The notes: a model not told the origin generated them from the letters alone. Shown: positions 25,897-36,553, counted from the stretch's first letter. The stretch is DNA of 57,999 nucleotides from an uncultured Planctomycetia bacterium (GCA_964483625.1 CAZABB010000009.1:1-57999); one strand, 5' to 3'. Translations and numbers: made by a program.

Positions 25897-28136
25897 ACCA
25901 AGCCTTTTTCTGCCAGATAACTTTGAGGATCAACGATGATTTCCCGTGCTTTACTCCCGCAAAAAGGACCGACGATACCGGCCTGCTCCATCAAATCAAG
26001 CAGCCGGGCCGCTCTTGTATATCCTACACGCATTCGGCGCTGCAGTAAAGAGGCCGATGCCTGCTGGGTCATCAGGACGATTTTGACCGCATCAGGGAAT
26101 AATTCATCCTCCTCCACCAGGCCCCGTGTTGATTTCTGTTCATTGACGATTTTTTCTTCATATACCGGCGCTCCCTGGTTACGGATAAAATCGGTAAGAC
26201 GTTCGATGTCGTCATCTTCAATCAGTGAGCACTGCGCGCGAATAGGACGCGGCGCGCCGGGTTTTAAAAAAAGCAGATCTCCCTTCCCTAACAGTTTTTC
26301 CGCCCCCATGAGATCCAGCACGGTACGGGAATCGACTTTGGAGGAAACCTTAAATGAAATCCGGGCCGGAAAGTTCGCTTTGATCACACCGGTAATAACG
26401 TCAACCGATGGACGTTGCGTTGCCAGAACCAAATGGATTCCCACCGCCCGGGAGAGCTGCGCCAGGCGCTGAATCGAGGTCTCGATACTGTCACGCGCGA
26501 TCGCCATCAAATCGGCAAGCTCATCGACGACAATCACGATATAGGGAAGACGGAACTGCTTGCGGTTATAGGCATCGATATTGCGGGCCCCTTCATCGGC
26601 CAGAAGACGATAGCGGGATTCCATTTCCTCTACCGCCCAGTTGAGCGCCGCAAACACCTTTTTGGCTTCGGAAATAATCGGATGAATCAGATGGGGTATG
26701 CCGGAAAACGGCGCAAGCTCCACCATTTTGGGATCGACCATGATAAATTTTACCTGGTCGGGACGGGCCTTAAACAGGATCGAAGTAATGAGCGCATTTA
26801 CACATACTGTCTTACCCGACCCGGTCGCCCCGGCAATTAACAGGTGGGGCATCTCTTTCAAATTGGCAACAACGGGATCACCTTTTACGTCTTTACCGAC
26901 CGCCAATGATAACGAAGACAAACTCTGAGCGAACACCTTCTCTTCCAGAACTTCCCGCAGATATACCAGGTGTTTCTTAGTATTGGGAACCTCAATGCCC
27001 ACCGTCCCCCTCCCCGGGATAGGAGCAACAATGCGAACACTTGCGGTCTTCATCGCCAGAGCGATATCATCACTCAAAACCGTAATCTTCTGAATCTTGA
27101 CTCCCGCGTGAGGTTCGAGCTCATACATGGTCACCACCGGCCCTTTCTGCACGCTGACGACCTTTGCCTGCACACCGAAATCTGAGAGCGTATCTTCGAG
27201 ATTCCGGATATTGCTTTTTATATCCTCTTTCATCCCGACCACATTGGTATCGGGCGGAACTTTCAATAATCCCAGATGAGGTAATACATATGTCCGGGGA
27301 TCGAACGTTTTTCTTGATTCTTTCTCCAGGTCTTCCATCTTCTTTTTTGCCTCATCCTGACTCAACGGGGAACGGCTGGAACCGGCGGCTTCGACCGGAC
27401 GCGCCGGCGGTGTGCGGGAAACCGGTTCTTCTTTGCTTTGAGCCGGTTTGGGTTTATAGATCTTTATCGGCGGAGACTTTTTACCGAAAAGAGAAGCCTT
27501 TTCTTTAACCGGAGGCTTCTGCGAACGCTGTTGTTTTTGTTGTTTTCGCTCCGTATGACGTTGCGCCCGCCGGGTACGCCAGGCTGCCAGATGTTGGGCG
27601 ACAAACGCAGCCGTTTTTGCGGCCAGCGAGGCCAGATCGACGAAGAAATATCCAAAAAGAATGATCGCGTTGACAATGGCGATAATGCTTAAGGAAATAA
27701 ACGCGCCCCAGAACCCCAGATACGTGCGGAAAAACCGGGCTACATAATAACCGATCATCCCCCCCCGGGCGTAGAGGATTTCAGTTTCGGTATAGAATAT
27801 CCCGACCAGAGCCGGCAGGAAAAATAACAGGAACCCGAACGAGATAATACTGATCAATCTCTTGTGCGAAATACCCTCAAAGCGAATCGCCTCCAGCTGA
27901 GATAGTCCGCGAAAGAAAAAGAAAAAAGGAAGGAAATAGGCGGTTACTCCGAACAGGAAAAAAAGAAAAAACCCCAGATAGCTTCCGAAAATACCGATTA
28001 AATTGTGAGGAGTTTTATGATAGGGAGCACTTAACGCAGGGATATCAAAGGGAGTGTAGGAAAATAAGCTTAAGAAGAGTATGATTCCCAGGGCAACAAG
28101 GACTATTCCCACAACCTGAGAAGGGAACTTCTTCAT
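25893..28136 (-). CDS. ftsK: DNA translocase FtsK
   Basis: N-terminal TMs; PHLLIAGATGSGKT, DPKMVEL and ATQRPSVD motifs; gamma domain LQRRMRVGYTRAARL. Confidence 0.97.
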   Translation of the reverse strand: MKKFPSQVVGIVLVALGIILFLSLFSYTPFDIPALSAPYHKTPHNLIGIFGSYLGFFLFFLFGVTAYFLPFFFFFRGLSQLEAIRFEGISHKRLISIISFGFLLFFLPALVGIFYTETEILYARGGMIGYYVARFFRTYLGFWGAFISLSIIAIVNAIILFGYFFVDLASLAAKTAAFVAQHLAAWRTRRAQRHTERKQQKQQRSQKPPVKEKASLFGKKSPPIKIYKPKPAQSKEEPVSRTPPARPVEAAGSSRSPLSQDEAKKKMEDLEKESRKTFDPRTYVLPHLGLLKVPPDTNVVGMKEDIKSNIRNLEDTLSDFGVQAKVVSVQKGPVVTMYELEPHAGVKIQKITVLSDDIALAMKTASVRIVAPIPGRGTVGIEVPNTKKHLVYLREVLEEKVFAQSLSSLSLAVGKDVKGDPVVANLKEMPHLLIAGATGSGKTVCVNALITSILFKARPDQVKFIMVDPKMVELAPFSGIPHLIHPIISEAKKVFAALNWAVEEMESRYRLLADEGARNIDAYNRKQFRLPYIVIVVDELADLMAIARDSIETSIQRLAQLSRAVGIHLVLATQRPSVDVITGVIKANFPARISFKVSSKVDSRTVLDLMGAEKLLGKGDLLFLKPGAPRPIRAQCSLIEDDDIERLTDFIRNQGAPVYEEKIVNEQKSTRGLVEEDELFPDAVKIVLMTQQASASLLQRRMRVGYTRAARLLDLMEQAGIVGPFCGSKAREIIVDPQSYLAEKGLV

Positions 28137-28140
28137 CAGA

Positions 28141-30222
28141 TTACACTTGTTTCATGCTCAACGTTACTTTTCCCTGTGGATCGATTTTGATGACTTTGGC
28201 TTTAACGACATCTCCCAGCTTAAGAAATTCGTTTACGTCTTTAACGTATCCGTCGGATATTTCTGAGACATGTATCAAACCTGATTTCCCGGGAAGAATA
28301 TCACAAAACGCGCCGAAGTTGACGATTTTTACCACTTTCACATCATATACCTCACCGATCTCAAGGTCCCGGGTGAGCCCGATGATATGCTTGGTCGCCC
28401 GTTCCAGGTCTTCGCTCGATTCGGCAACGACCGACACAATACCGGCGTCATCGATATCGATGTTCACGTTGTAATCTCTCGTCAGCTGGCGGATCATTTT
28501 TCCTCCCGGACCGATAACCACACCGATTTTATCGATGGGAATCTCGATGGAACGAATCTTCGGTGCGTATTTCGACATCTGATCCCGTGAAGAAGAAAGA
28601 ACCGCGTTCATTCTTTCCAAGATAGCCAGACGGGCTTCTTTCGCCCGGGCGAACGCTTCCTTCATAATTTCAAAAGAAAGGCCGGTAATCTTTATATCCA
28701 CCTGGATCGCCGTTACGCCGTCAGATGTCCCGGCGACTTTAAAATCCATGTCACCATGGTGATCCTCGGCCCCGGCGATGTCAGTCAGTACCCGAAACCC
28801 TTTATCCCCGGTTACCAATCCCATGGCGATGCCGGCTACCGGTTTCTCAATGGGAATCCCGGCATCCATAAGCGACAATGAAGACGCGCATACGGTAGCC
28901 ATCGAAGATGAACCATTCGACTCAAGGATTTCCGATACAATCCGGATCGTATAGGGAAAATCTTCTTTGGAGGGGATCATCCTCCGTAACGCTTTCTCGG
29001 CCAGCGCACCGTGCCCCAACTCCCGGCGGGAAGGACCGCGCATGAACTTTACCTCTCCCACACTGAACGGCGGGAAGAGATAGTGGAGCATGAAATGTTT
29101 CGACTTATCTCCCTCCAGAGTTTCAAGCATCTGCTCGTCACCGGACGTTCCCAGCGTAATCGTCGCCAGAGATTGCGTCTGCCCCCGGGTGAATACCGCC
29201 GAACCGTGCGTGCGCGGCAGGACGCCGGCCTCACAGGTTATCTGACGAATTTCATTCATCCCGCGGCCATCGGGACGGGAATCCTCTTCCAATATCTTTT
29301 TGCGGACAAAAGCCCCTTCTATTTCATAATAATACGATTTAATTTCACCTTCGGTCGTTTCCATCTGGCGTTTCTCAATAAGCTCTGCCGCAATATCCGC
29401 CAGGAGCGCGCGTGTTTCTTTATGACGCTGATCCCGGTCATTGATCTTGTACAGTCTCTCCAGGTGAGGCGTGACCAGATCGCCGACGGCTTTTTCTATT
29501 TCTTCGCTGGGAGTATACAGAGGATAATCGCCTTTTTCCTTGCCCGCCTGGGCGCGTAATTTTTCCTGGGCTTCGATGATCTTGACGATAGACGGCTGAG
29601 CGTATTTGATCGCCTCCAGGATCTCATCTTCGGAAAGCTCCTGAAATTCACCCTCGAGCATAACCACCGATTCTTTACTGGCGCAGATAATAAAATCGAT
29701 ATCGGAATTCTCTCTCTGCTCATACGTGGGATTGACAATAAACGTACCGTTTTGGCGGGCGATTCTTACCGCGCCGATCAGATGCGGAAAAGGAATGTCG
29801 GAAATGCAGAGAGCACAAGCGGCCCCGTTGATCGCCAGTACATCGGGGATATTGGTACGATCACTGGAGAGCACCATCGCGATAACCTGCACTTCATTGA
29901 CAAACCCTTTAGGGAAAAGCGGACGCAGGGTTCTATCGATGACCCGGGCCGAAAGGATTTCCCGATCCTTGGGCCGGCCTTCCTTCTTGATATATCCGCC
30001 GGGAATCTTCCCCATCGAATAGGGTTTTTCCTGATAGTCCACCATCAGCGGCATGAAACTGGCACCGGCAGCCGCTTCTTTGGCCGCGCATACCGTAACC
30101 AGTACCCTGGTATCCCCGTAGGAAACGATCACGCTGCCTGAAGCCTGACGGGCATAGGTGCCGGAAGAAAAAGTAAGAGAAGCTTCGCCAATTTGTTCGA
30201 GGGTGACAGAAAAAGGATTCAT
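28141..30222 (-). CDS. pnp: Polyribonucleotide nucleotidyltransferase
   Basis: RTHGSAVFTRGQTQ, RRELGHG, SNGSSS and GDMDFKVAG motifs; KH and S1 domains. Confidence 0.98.
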   Translation of the reverse strand: MNPFSVTLEQIGEASLTFSSGTYARQASGSVIVSYGDTRVLVTVCAAKEAAAGASFMPLMVDYQEKPYSMGKIPGGYIKKEGRPKDREILSARVIDRTLRPLFPKGFVNEVQVIAMVLSSDRTNIPDVLAINGAACALCISDIPFPHLIGAVRIARQNGTFIVNPTYEQRENSDIDFIICASKESVVMLEGEFQELSEDEILEAIKYAQPSIVKIIEAQEKLRAQAGKEKGDYPLYTPSEEIEKAVGDLVTPHLERLYKINDRDQRHKETRALLADIAAELIEKRQMETTEGEIKSYYYEIEGAFVRKKILEEDSRPDGRGMNEIRQITCEAGVLPRTHGSAVFTRGQTQSLATITLGTSGDEQMLETLEGDKSKHFMLHYLFPPFSVGEVKFMRGPSRRELGHGALAEKALRRMIPSKEDFPYTIRIVSEILESNGSSSMATVCASSLSLMDAGIPIEKPVAGIAMGLVTGDKGFRVLTDIAGAEDHHGDMDFKVAGTSDGVTAIQVDIKITGLSFEIMKEAFARAKEARLAILERMNAVLSSSRDQMSKYAPKIRSIEIPIDKIGVVIGPGGKMIRQLTRDYNVNIDIDDAGIVSVVAESSEDLERATKHIIGLTRDLEIGEVYDVKVVKIVNFGAFCDILPGKSGLIHVSEISDGYVKDVNEFLKLGDVVKAKVIKIDPQGKVTLSMKQV

Positions 30223-30489
30223 TTACTTGTGAAGTTTCAGCTCTTTAATTAAATTGTCATGCTCTTTATTATCTTTGACTTTCAGATATTGAAGGAGTCG
30301 GCGGCGCCGACCAACAAGCATCAGCAGGCCGCGACGCGAATGGAAGTCTTTCTTATGTTTTTTGAGATGTTCCGTGAGATCACGGATCCTTTCGGTCAGA
30401 AGAGCGACCTGAACCGATGCCGAACCCGTATCCTGAGGATGTTCTTTGAATTTTTCAATCAAATTTTTCTTTTGAGACTTCTTTAACAT
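30223..30489 (-). CDS. rpsO: 30S ribosomal protein S15
   Basis: [13 protein letters not shown] and [12 protein letters not shown] motifs; start taken at ATG 30489. Confidence 0.96.
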   Translation of the reverse strand: MLKKSQKKNLIEKFKEHPQDTGSASVQVALLTERIRDLTEHLKKHKKDFHSRRGLLMLVGRRRRLLQYLKVKDNKEHDNLIKELKLHK

Positions 30490-30496
30490 AAGTGGT

Positions 30497-30525
30497 ATTA
30501 TACCTTTCCCCCTATTACCTGTCAA
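30497..30525 (-). promoter_or_regulatory. Consensus sigma70 promoter giving a leaderless rpsO transcript
   Basis: TTGACA-17-TATAAT, 7 nt before the ATG. Confidence 0.8.
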
Positions 30526-30540
30526 CAAATTACCTGATTT

Positions 30541-30637
30541 GATAAAAAACCACCTTCTTTACTCCCACGAGGAAGCATATCCGCTGTCTTCTCCCCCTTT
30601 CCGGAAGCAAAAAGTGGACTTTATCACATCCGATATG
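30541..30637 (-). ncRNA. Putative structured RNA upstream of rpsO
   Basis: Promoter TTGACC-16-TGnTATAAT (30671-30644); long stem GATAAAGTCCACTTTTTGCTTCC / GGGAGTAAAGAAGGTGGTTTTTTATC. Confidence 0.35.
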
Positions 30638-30690
30638 TAGAGAATTATATCACAAAAGGTATGGCGGTCAACTGTTTATATACACTATTA

Positions 30691-32307
30691 TCAGGTGAGA
30701 AATTTGTTGGTAATCGGCATCCGGCGATCCCGGCCCAACGCCCGGGGGGTGATTTTAATGCCTACCGGGGACTGGCGGCGCTTATATTCATTATGATCAA
30801 CCATTTTCAGCACTTTTTCCACGATATTCTTCTTATACCCCTTGGCGATAATCGCATCGCGAGAAAGATCTTTCTCTATATACGCCTTCAGTATCCCGTC
30901 TAAGAGCGGATATTCCGGCAGCGTATCCTGATCCCGCTGGTCGGCTTTCAATTCCGCCGAAGGAGCTCGTTTGAGTATCGAGAGGGGGATCACGTCACCG
31001 TGTATACGGTTGATATAGCGGGCTAATTTATACACCAGGGTCTTATGGACATCCTTGATCAGCCCGAATCCACCGACCATATCCCCGTATAACGTACAGT
31101 AGCCGCAGGAAACTTCGCTCTTATTTCCCGTGTTCAACACCAGATACCCGAATTTATTGGAAAACGCCATAAGCAGATTGCCCCGGATTCTGGCCTGGAT
31201 ATTCTCTTCGGTCTTATCTTCTTTCGCTTTCTTCACCGAAGCGAAACAGGGTTTCAAACATTCCCGGTAGACGTCCATGATCGGATCAATAGGCAGGACC
31301 GAATATTTTATCCCCAGATTTTTACAAATCTTTTTGGCGTCGCCGAATGTCCCTTTCGATGTATATCGCGAAGGCATGATCAAAGCCGCAACATTCTTTG
31401 CCCCCAGGCTCAGTTTCGCCAGGGCAACCACCACCGCCGAATCGATCCCGCCAGATACCCCCACGATAACCTTCTTGAACCCGTTCTTGCGCACGTAATC
31501 GTACAAACCAAGCTGTAATGCCAGGAAAGCTTCTTTCTCCTTATGAGTGGTGATGCTTCGGGCCGGATATTTCTTTTTCGTATCCAGGGTAAAACCGAAC
31601 AGATCCTCGGCAAACCGCTTCGCATACGCAACGGGTTTACCGGCAGGCGAGAAGACCTTACTGGTACCGTCAAAAACCAGCTCATCCTGCCCCCCGACCA
31701 GATTGCAGTAAAGGATAAACGCGTTCGTCTTCTTTGCCGCGGCGGATAACACCTTCTCCCGTAAAGGAATTTTTCCCAGATGAAACGGAGAACTGGAAAG
31801 GTTCACGATGAAATCGAGATCTTTTTCCTTCAACGCATCGATCACCGATTCATTCCAGATATCCTCACAGATGGTCACGGCAAACGTATGGGAGGGAGTT
31901 TGATAACAAACCAGCTCTTCACCGGAAGTAAAGTAGCGCTTTTCGTCAAAAACCCCGTAATTAGGCAGCACCACTTTATGATACACATCTTTGACCTGGC
32001 CGTTATCGATAAGCGCACAGGCATTGTAGATTCTGCCGTCGCATGTATCGACAAAACCGACCAGCGCCATAAGCCCTTTTGCCGAACGAACGATTTTATT
32101 CAGATAATGCCGGTTAGCTCGGGCAAAATGGGGTTTCAGAAGCAAATCTTCCGGCGGATACCCGCACAAAGCCAGCTCCGGAAACACAACAATAGCCGCC
32201 TTATCTTTACGGGCAGCCTTTAAGGCGGCTATTATTTTGCGGGAATTACCCGCGAAATCTCCCACACAAGGGTTGATCTGAGCTAATACTACCTTTACGT
32301 TCGCCAT
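30691..32307 (-). CDS. nadE: Glutamine-dependent NAD+ synthetase
   Basis: Nitrilase domain (FPEL, K, ICEDIW) plus SGGIDS, ENIQAR, TGNKSE and PSAEL motifs. Confidence 0.97.
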   Translation of the reverse strand: MANVKVVLAQINPCVGDFAGNSRKIIAALKAARKDKAAIVVFPELALCGYPPEDLLLKPHFARANRHYLNKIVRSAKGLMALVGFVDTCDGRIYNACALIDNGQVKDVYHKVVLPNYGVFDEKRYFTSGEELVCYQTPSHTFAVTICEDIWNESVIDALKEKDLDFIVNLSSSPFHLGKIPLREKVLSAAAKKTNAFILYCNLVGGQDELVFDGTSKVFSPAGKPVAYAKRFAEDLFGFTLDTKKKYPARSITTHKEKEAFLALQLGLYDYVRKNGFKKVIVGVSGGIDSAVVVALAKLSLGAKNVAALIMPSRYTSKGTFGDAKKICKNLGIKYSVLPIDPIMDVYRECLKPCFASVKKAKEDKTEENIQARIRGNLLMAFSNKFGYLVLNTGNKSEVSCGYCTLYGDMVGGFGLIKDVHKTLVYKLARYINRIHGDVIPLSILKRAPSAELKADQRDQDTLPEYPLLDGILKAYIEKDLSRDAIIAKGYKKNIVEKVLKMVDHNEYKRRQSPVGIKITPRALGRDRRMPITNKFLT

Positions 32308-32374
32308 ACGATTCCTTTTCTCAAGAATATGCTTTTATTATAAGAAATCCCATTTTAAAATCAACACCTTTTAA

Positions 32375-32527
32375 TAGCGATGAGCGGATAGCGTTCAGCG
32401 ATTAAAATAGTCTTTGATCTTTGGTCTCTGGTCGACAGTATATAGTTTCGAATCCCAAAAACTAAAGACCAGATACAAGAGGCTATCGACTCCTTCTTGC
32501 CGCTCGTCGCTATTCGCTCTACGCTAT
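32375..32527. repeat. Nested element: TAGCG/CGCTA arms outside, GTCT/AGAC arms inside
   Basis: tagcgatgagcggatagcgttcagcg [tagtctttgatctttggtctctggtc .. actaaagaccagatac..ctatcgact] cgctcgtcgctattcgctctacgcta. Confidence 0.8.
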
Positions 32528-32533
32528 TTCCTA

Positions 32534-32562
32534 TTTACAATCCGGGGGGAATAACTTAAAAT
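32534..32562 (+). promoter_or_regulatory. sigma70 promoter, leaderless comF-lptFG transcript
   Basis: TTTACA-17-TAAAAT, 7 nt before ATG 32570. Confidence 0.6.
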
Positions 32563-32569
32563 AAGTCCT

Positions 32570-33274
32570 ATGTATGATATCGCCTCTCATCCTCTGACAA
32601 AACTTCTGTTTCCCCCGTTTTGTTTCGGCTGCCAAACGGCGGTTACCGGAGAAATCCTCTGTCACCGCTGCCGCTCAACACTCGAATTTCTAAGCCCCCC
32701 CTGGTGTATCCGCTGCGGCCGGCCGATTAAGGGAAGTAACCGTCTCTGCGTGACGTGTAAAAACAAACCGCGCGAATACGAAAATATAATAAGCGCTCTC
32801 TCCTATCGCGGCCCTCTGGTAAAACTTCTTGCTCTATTTAAATATTCCCATTATGATTTTCTTTCATCATTCTTTGTGTCCCTGATCCAGGAGCATCTGG
32901 AGGGAATCGGTTTCTGTGCCGACCGATACGATATGATCATTCCCGTACCGCTCCACCGGACCAAACAACGTCAGCGGGAGTATAACCAAAGCGCTTTACT
33001 GGCCCAAAAACTATCGGAGAAAATGCATATTCCCCGGGAGAACGACATTCTCTATTGCCGCAGACATCACCCTTCCCAGACGAAAATGGACCGGAAGGCA
33101 AGGGAGAAAAACGTCGAAAACACCTTCGCGTCAAGGAGGGTATTGAACGGAAACTCGGTCCTGCTCATAGACGATGTTGTCACCACCGGCGCGACGGCAT
33201 CGGCCTGCAGCAAAGCGTTAAAAGAAAACGGAGCCGGACGGGTTTCGGTATTAACTCTGGCGAGGGCTCAATGA
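32570..33274 (+). CDS. comF: ComF family protein (double zinc ribbon plus PRTase)
   Basis: Four CxxC pairs; PVPLH..R.YNQ; LLIDDVVTTGAT. Confidence 0.9.
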   Translation: MYDIASHPLTKLLFPPFCFGCQTAVTGEILCHRCRSTLEFLSPPWCIRCGRPIKGSNRLCVTCKNKPREYENIISALSYRGPLVKLLALFKYSHYDFLSSFFVSLIQEHLEGIGFCADRYDMIIPVPLHRTKQRQREYNQSALLAQKLSEKMHIPRENDILYCRRHHPSQTKMDRKAREKNVENTFASRRVLNGNSVLLIDDVVTTGATASACSKALKENGAGRVSVLTLARAQ

Positions 33275-34356
33275 GGACATTACGCAATTACATCCTGAGA
33301 GATTTCTTTGCTTCTTTCATCTTCGCGCTTCTATCTCTGACGCTGGTCATGCTGCTGGGAAACCTGGTAAAGATATCCGACATGGTTATTCGTAAAGGGG
33401 TCCCGATATTCGAAGCATTTAAACTGTTCGCCTTTTTAATGCCTTACCTTCTGGGGTTCACGATCCCCCTGGCGCTGCTTCTGGGGATACTGATCTGTAT
33501 GGGCCGGTTGATTGCCGACAATGAAATTGTGGCAATCCAGGTCGCCGGGATTTCCCTGGTCCGGATCTTACGGGTGTTCCTGATTATCGGAGTAATCTGT
33601 TCGCTGTTTCTTCTACTCTTAAATTCCAAGATCCTGCCGCATTTCCATTATCAATACCGCACGCAGATGAAAAAAATGTCCTCGGAAAAAATATCCATGG
33701 CCCTTGAACCGGGAGTTTTCCTGGACCATTTCGAGAATTTCATCTTATATGTCAGTGATATCGAAGAGAACAAACTGAAAAACGTGTATATTTACGAGAC
33801 CTCCGATGAAGCGTTAAGCCGGGTCACGTTCGCAAAACGGGGGGAATTCATCGTCGAGCCGCGCACGATAAAGATGAAACTGGAAGAGGGGTTCCGTGAC
33901 GAGGTCAGCCATAAAGACTCCCAGGAATTCTACCGGCTTAATTTCAAAGTTTTTTTCATGGATATTCCCCTGGAGCAGGAAGAGGGAAAAAAAGTAGAGA
34001 AAAAGACTTCCGACATGAGTCTGGCTGAACTAAAACGACGCGTAAAACGCCTTAAAAATACCGGAACCATACCCAAAGAACTCCTGCAGGAAATCCATAA
34101 ACGCATCAGCTTCTCCTTTTCTCCCCTGACCTTCGTTATTCTGGGATTCGGTATTGCCACCATCGTACGCCACCGGGAAAAGTCGATCAACTTCGGTATC
34201 GCATTTTTTACCGCGGGCATCTATTACCTATTCACGATTCTGGGCGAGACGCTGGTAGAATCGAATATTCTCGTACCCTCCCTGGGCATGTGGATTCCCA
34301 ATGTTATCTTCGTCATCCTGGGACTCTATCTAGTGAAAAATGTACATTATCGATAA
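33271..34356 (+). CDS. lptF: LPS export ABC permease, LptF family
   Basis: GRL..DNEI.A....GIS motif; 3+3 TM layout around a periplasmic domain; ATGA overlap with comF. Confidence 0.82.
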   Translation: MRTLRNYILRDFFASFIFALLSLTLVMLLGNLVKISDMVIRKGVPIFEAFKLFAFLMPYLLGFTIPLALLLGILICMGRLIADNEIVAIQVAGISLVRILRVFLIIGVICSLFLLLLNSKILPHFHYQYRTQMKKMSSEKISMALEPGVFLDHFENFILYVSDIEENKLKNVYIYETSDEALSRVTFAKRGEFIVEPRTIKMKLEEGFRDEVSHKDSQEFYRLNFKVFFMDIPLEQEEGKKVEKKTSDMSLAELKRRVKRLKNTGTIPKELLQEIHKRISFSFSPLTFVILGFGIATIVRHREKSINFGIAFFTAGIYYLFTILGETLVESNILVPSLGMWIPNVIFVILGLYLVKNVHYR

Positions 34357-35428
34357 ATACATTACGGTAAGAATCGTAAAAGGGTATCTGCTTATCCTGG
34401 CGGCGTTTTCCGGCCTCTATATCATCATCGACCTTTTTTCCAACCTTACTGATTTCTTACGGGCCGGGATAACCTTCGACGTCCTGCTCCAATATTATCT
34501 GTTTACTCTTCCGCTCGTATTTCTCAGAGTAAGCCCGTTTTCCCTTTTAATCAGCGTCCTCTATACCTTCACCGAATTAAACCGCACCAACGAAGTTTTA
34601 GGCATGCGCACCTTCGGCGTCAGCATCGCGAAAATCGCGATGCCGGTCCTGACGTTTTCACTGATCATTGCTTCCTGCGCGCTGTTTTTACAGGAAAAAG
34701 TCCTGATCGATTCGCAACGCCGGGCTGAAGACATCAAAGTCGAATTCTTAAGCGACAAGTCCCCCTCTTACAAGGAACAGCGTAACGTGGCATTCCGGGA
34801 CAAAAATATGATCTATTTTATCTCCCGGTTCATTCCCGCCGACAAATCACTGGTCGATGTCATCGTCTTCCGGGAAGACCGGAAGGGAAGTATCGCCGAG
34901 AAGATCGTTGCCCGCCGGATCACCTACATTAAAGGCGTATGGATCGCTTCCGACGTCGTCAGTTATAATGTCGACGATGAAGGAACGTTTCTCGACAAAC
35001 CATCCTACTGGAAAGAAAAGATTTTCGATCTGGATGATCCGCCTGAGAGTTTAATTATCAAAAAATCGATCTTTGAAGGATTTGCTTCGCTGAAAAACTT
35101 AAAGAGAGAAATCGACCGTCTCAGGAAAATAAACATGAACCAGTTGAGCTCAGGCCTCGTCATCGAATATCACCGTAAAATCGCCGACCCGCTGTCTCAT
35201 TTCTTTCTCATTATCGGAGTGCTTCCCTTTGCTCTTGAGATCAAAAAGCGCAAAGCCGGCCTTTCGTCTCTGGGCATCGGGTTTCTCGTGGGATTTGTCT
35301 ACTATGTAATCTTTTCCACCAGCATTGCCTTCGGCAAAGCCGGCCTTATGTTCCCTTTCCTGGCCCCGTGGGTCGCGGCTCTCTTTTTTCTCATCGTGGG
35401 AGTAAGCGGCCTGAAACTCATCCGGTGA
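34340..35428 (+). CDS. lptG: LPS export ABC permease, LptG family
   Basis: IIDKYI start; L...NE..GM...GVS motif; paired with lptF. Confidence 0.82.
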   Translation: MYIIDKYITVRIVKGYLLILAAFSGLYIIIDLFSNLTDFLRAGITFDVLLQYYLFTLPLVFLRVSPFSLLISVLYTFTELNRTNEVLGMRTFGVSIAKIAMPVLTFSLIIASCALFLQEKVLIDSQRRAEDIKVEFLSDKSPSYKEQRNVAFRDKNMIYFISRFIPADKSLVDVIVFREDRKGSIAEKIVARRITYIKGVWIASDVVSYNVDDEGTFLDKPSYWKEKIFDLDDPPESLIIKKSIFEGFASLKNLKREIDRLRKINMNQLSSGLVIEYHRKIADPLSHFFLIIGVLPFALEIKKRKAGLSSLGIGFLVGFVYYVIFSTSIAFGKAGLMFPFLAPWVAALFFLIVGVSGLKLIR

Positions 35429-35431
35429 TTT

Positions 35432-36553
35432 TTATCTGTAGAGGCGCGGTATGGTGGGCGAAAGGCGGGTAACGATTTCATAGGGAATCGTACCGGCCCA
35501 CCGGGCCAGATCACCGGCAGAGACCGAAACTCCTTTTTGAGAACCGATTAACGTAACGGGGGTCCCGGTTGAGACGGCTTGCGTTTTATCCAAACGAATC
35601 ATGATATGATCCATACAGACCCGGCCGCAGAGAGGGACAAGATTGCCGGAAACAATCACCTTGGCCTTATTGGACAGACGCCAGGGATACCCGTCGGCAT
35701 AGCCGACGGCACAGGTGGCAATACGACAGGCAGTGCGGGCAATAAACGTACGGCCGTATCCGATACTACGTCCGGCCGGTACACTTTTTAAAAAAACGAT
35801 TCGGGACTTAAGCGTTAAAAGCGGGCTAAGAGAAAGCTCGAGACTCGAATGCGGCTTAGCTCCATACAGGATCAAACCGGGACGTACCAGGTTAAACCGC
35901 GCGCGCCGATACCGCCAGAGTGCCATACTGTTTGCCGTATGAATATATTTGAAGTGTATCCCGGCTGATTGAAGTTCCTCAAGAAGCCGATTAAACGAAT
36001 CGATTTGTCTGCCGGTAAATTCCCGGTCACTATCGGCAACCGGATAGTGCGTAAATATCCCCTGCATATCGACGTGAGAAAGCCTTTTAACGCGCAGGAT
36101 ATCCCGGACGGCATGTTCGTGCCAGAACCCGATACGCCCCATGCCGGTATCCACTTTGACGTGCACCGGGTACTGTTTCTTTTTCCGCGCCGCGTAATCG
36201 TTCAGCTTTTTGGCAAAGCCGATATCAGTCACCGTCGGTGTCACATTATAGGCGATGAGATCCGGCACCGCTTCTTTCGGGAGAGCTGTCAGAATCAGTA
36301 TCGGCTCACTGACCCCCGCCTTACGCAGCCGAATCGCCTCCTCCAGACTTCCCACTCCCAGGGAATGAACGCCCAGCCGGCATAACTCCCGCGCGATCTC
36401 GACAAGGCCGTGGCCGTAAGCGTTCTGCTTGACCGTGGCAAGAATACCGACGTCTTTGCCGACGACCTTCTTGATCACCGCAACATTTGTTTTGAGCGCT
36501 TTCAGGCTTATCTCAATCCACAACGGTCTGTACATATCTTTATAATAGTTCAC
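35432..36553 (-). CDS. alr: Alanine racemase
   Basis: VKQNAYGHG (PLP Lys), KVDTGMGRIG, RPGLILYG, GYADG, GRVCMD and TIPYE motifs. Confidence 0.96.
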   Translation of the reverse strand: MNYYKDMYRPLWIEISLKALKTNVAVIKKVVGKDVGILATVKQNAYGHGLVEIARELCRLGVHSLGVGSLEEAIRLRKAGVSEPILILTALPKEAVPDLIAYNVTPTVTDIGFAKKLNDYAARKKKQYPVHVKVDTGMGRIGFWHEHAVRDILRVKRLSHVDMQGIFTHYPVADSDREFTGRQIDSFNRLLEELQSAGIHFKYIHTANSMALWRYRRARFNLVRPGLILYGAKPHSSLELSLSPLLTLKSRIVFLKSVPAGRSIGYGRTFIARTACRIATCAVGYADGYPWRLSNKAKVIVSGNLVPLCGRVCMDHIMIRLDKTQAVSTGTPVTLIGSQKGVSVSAGDLARWAGTIPYEIVTRLSPTIPRLYR

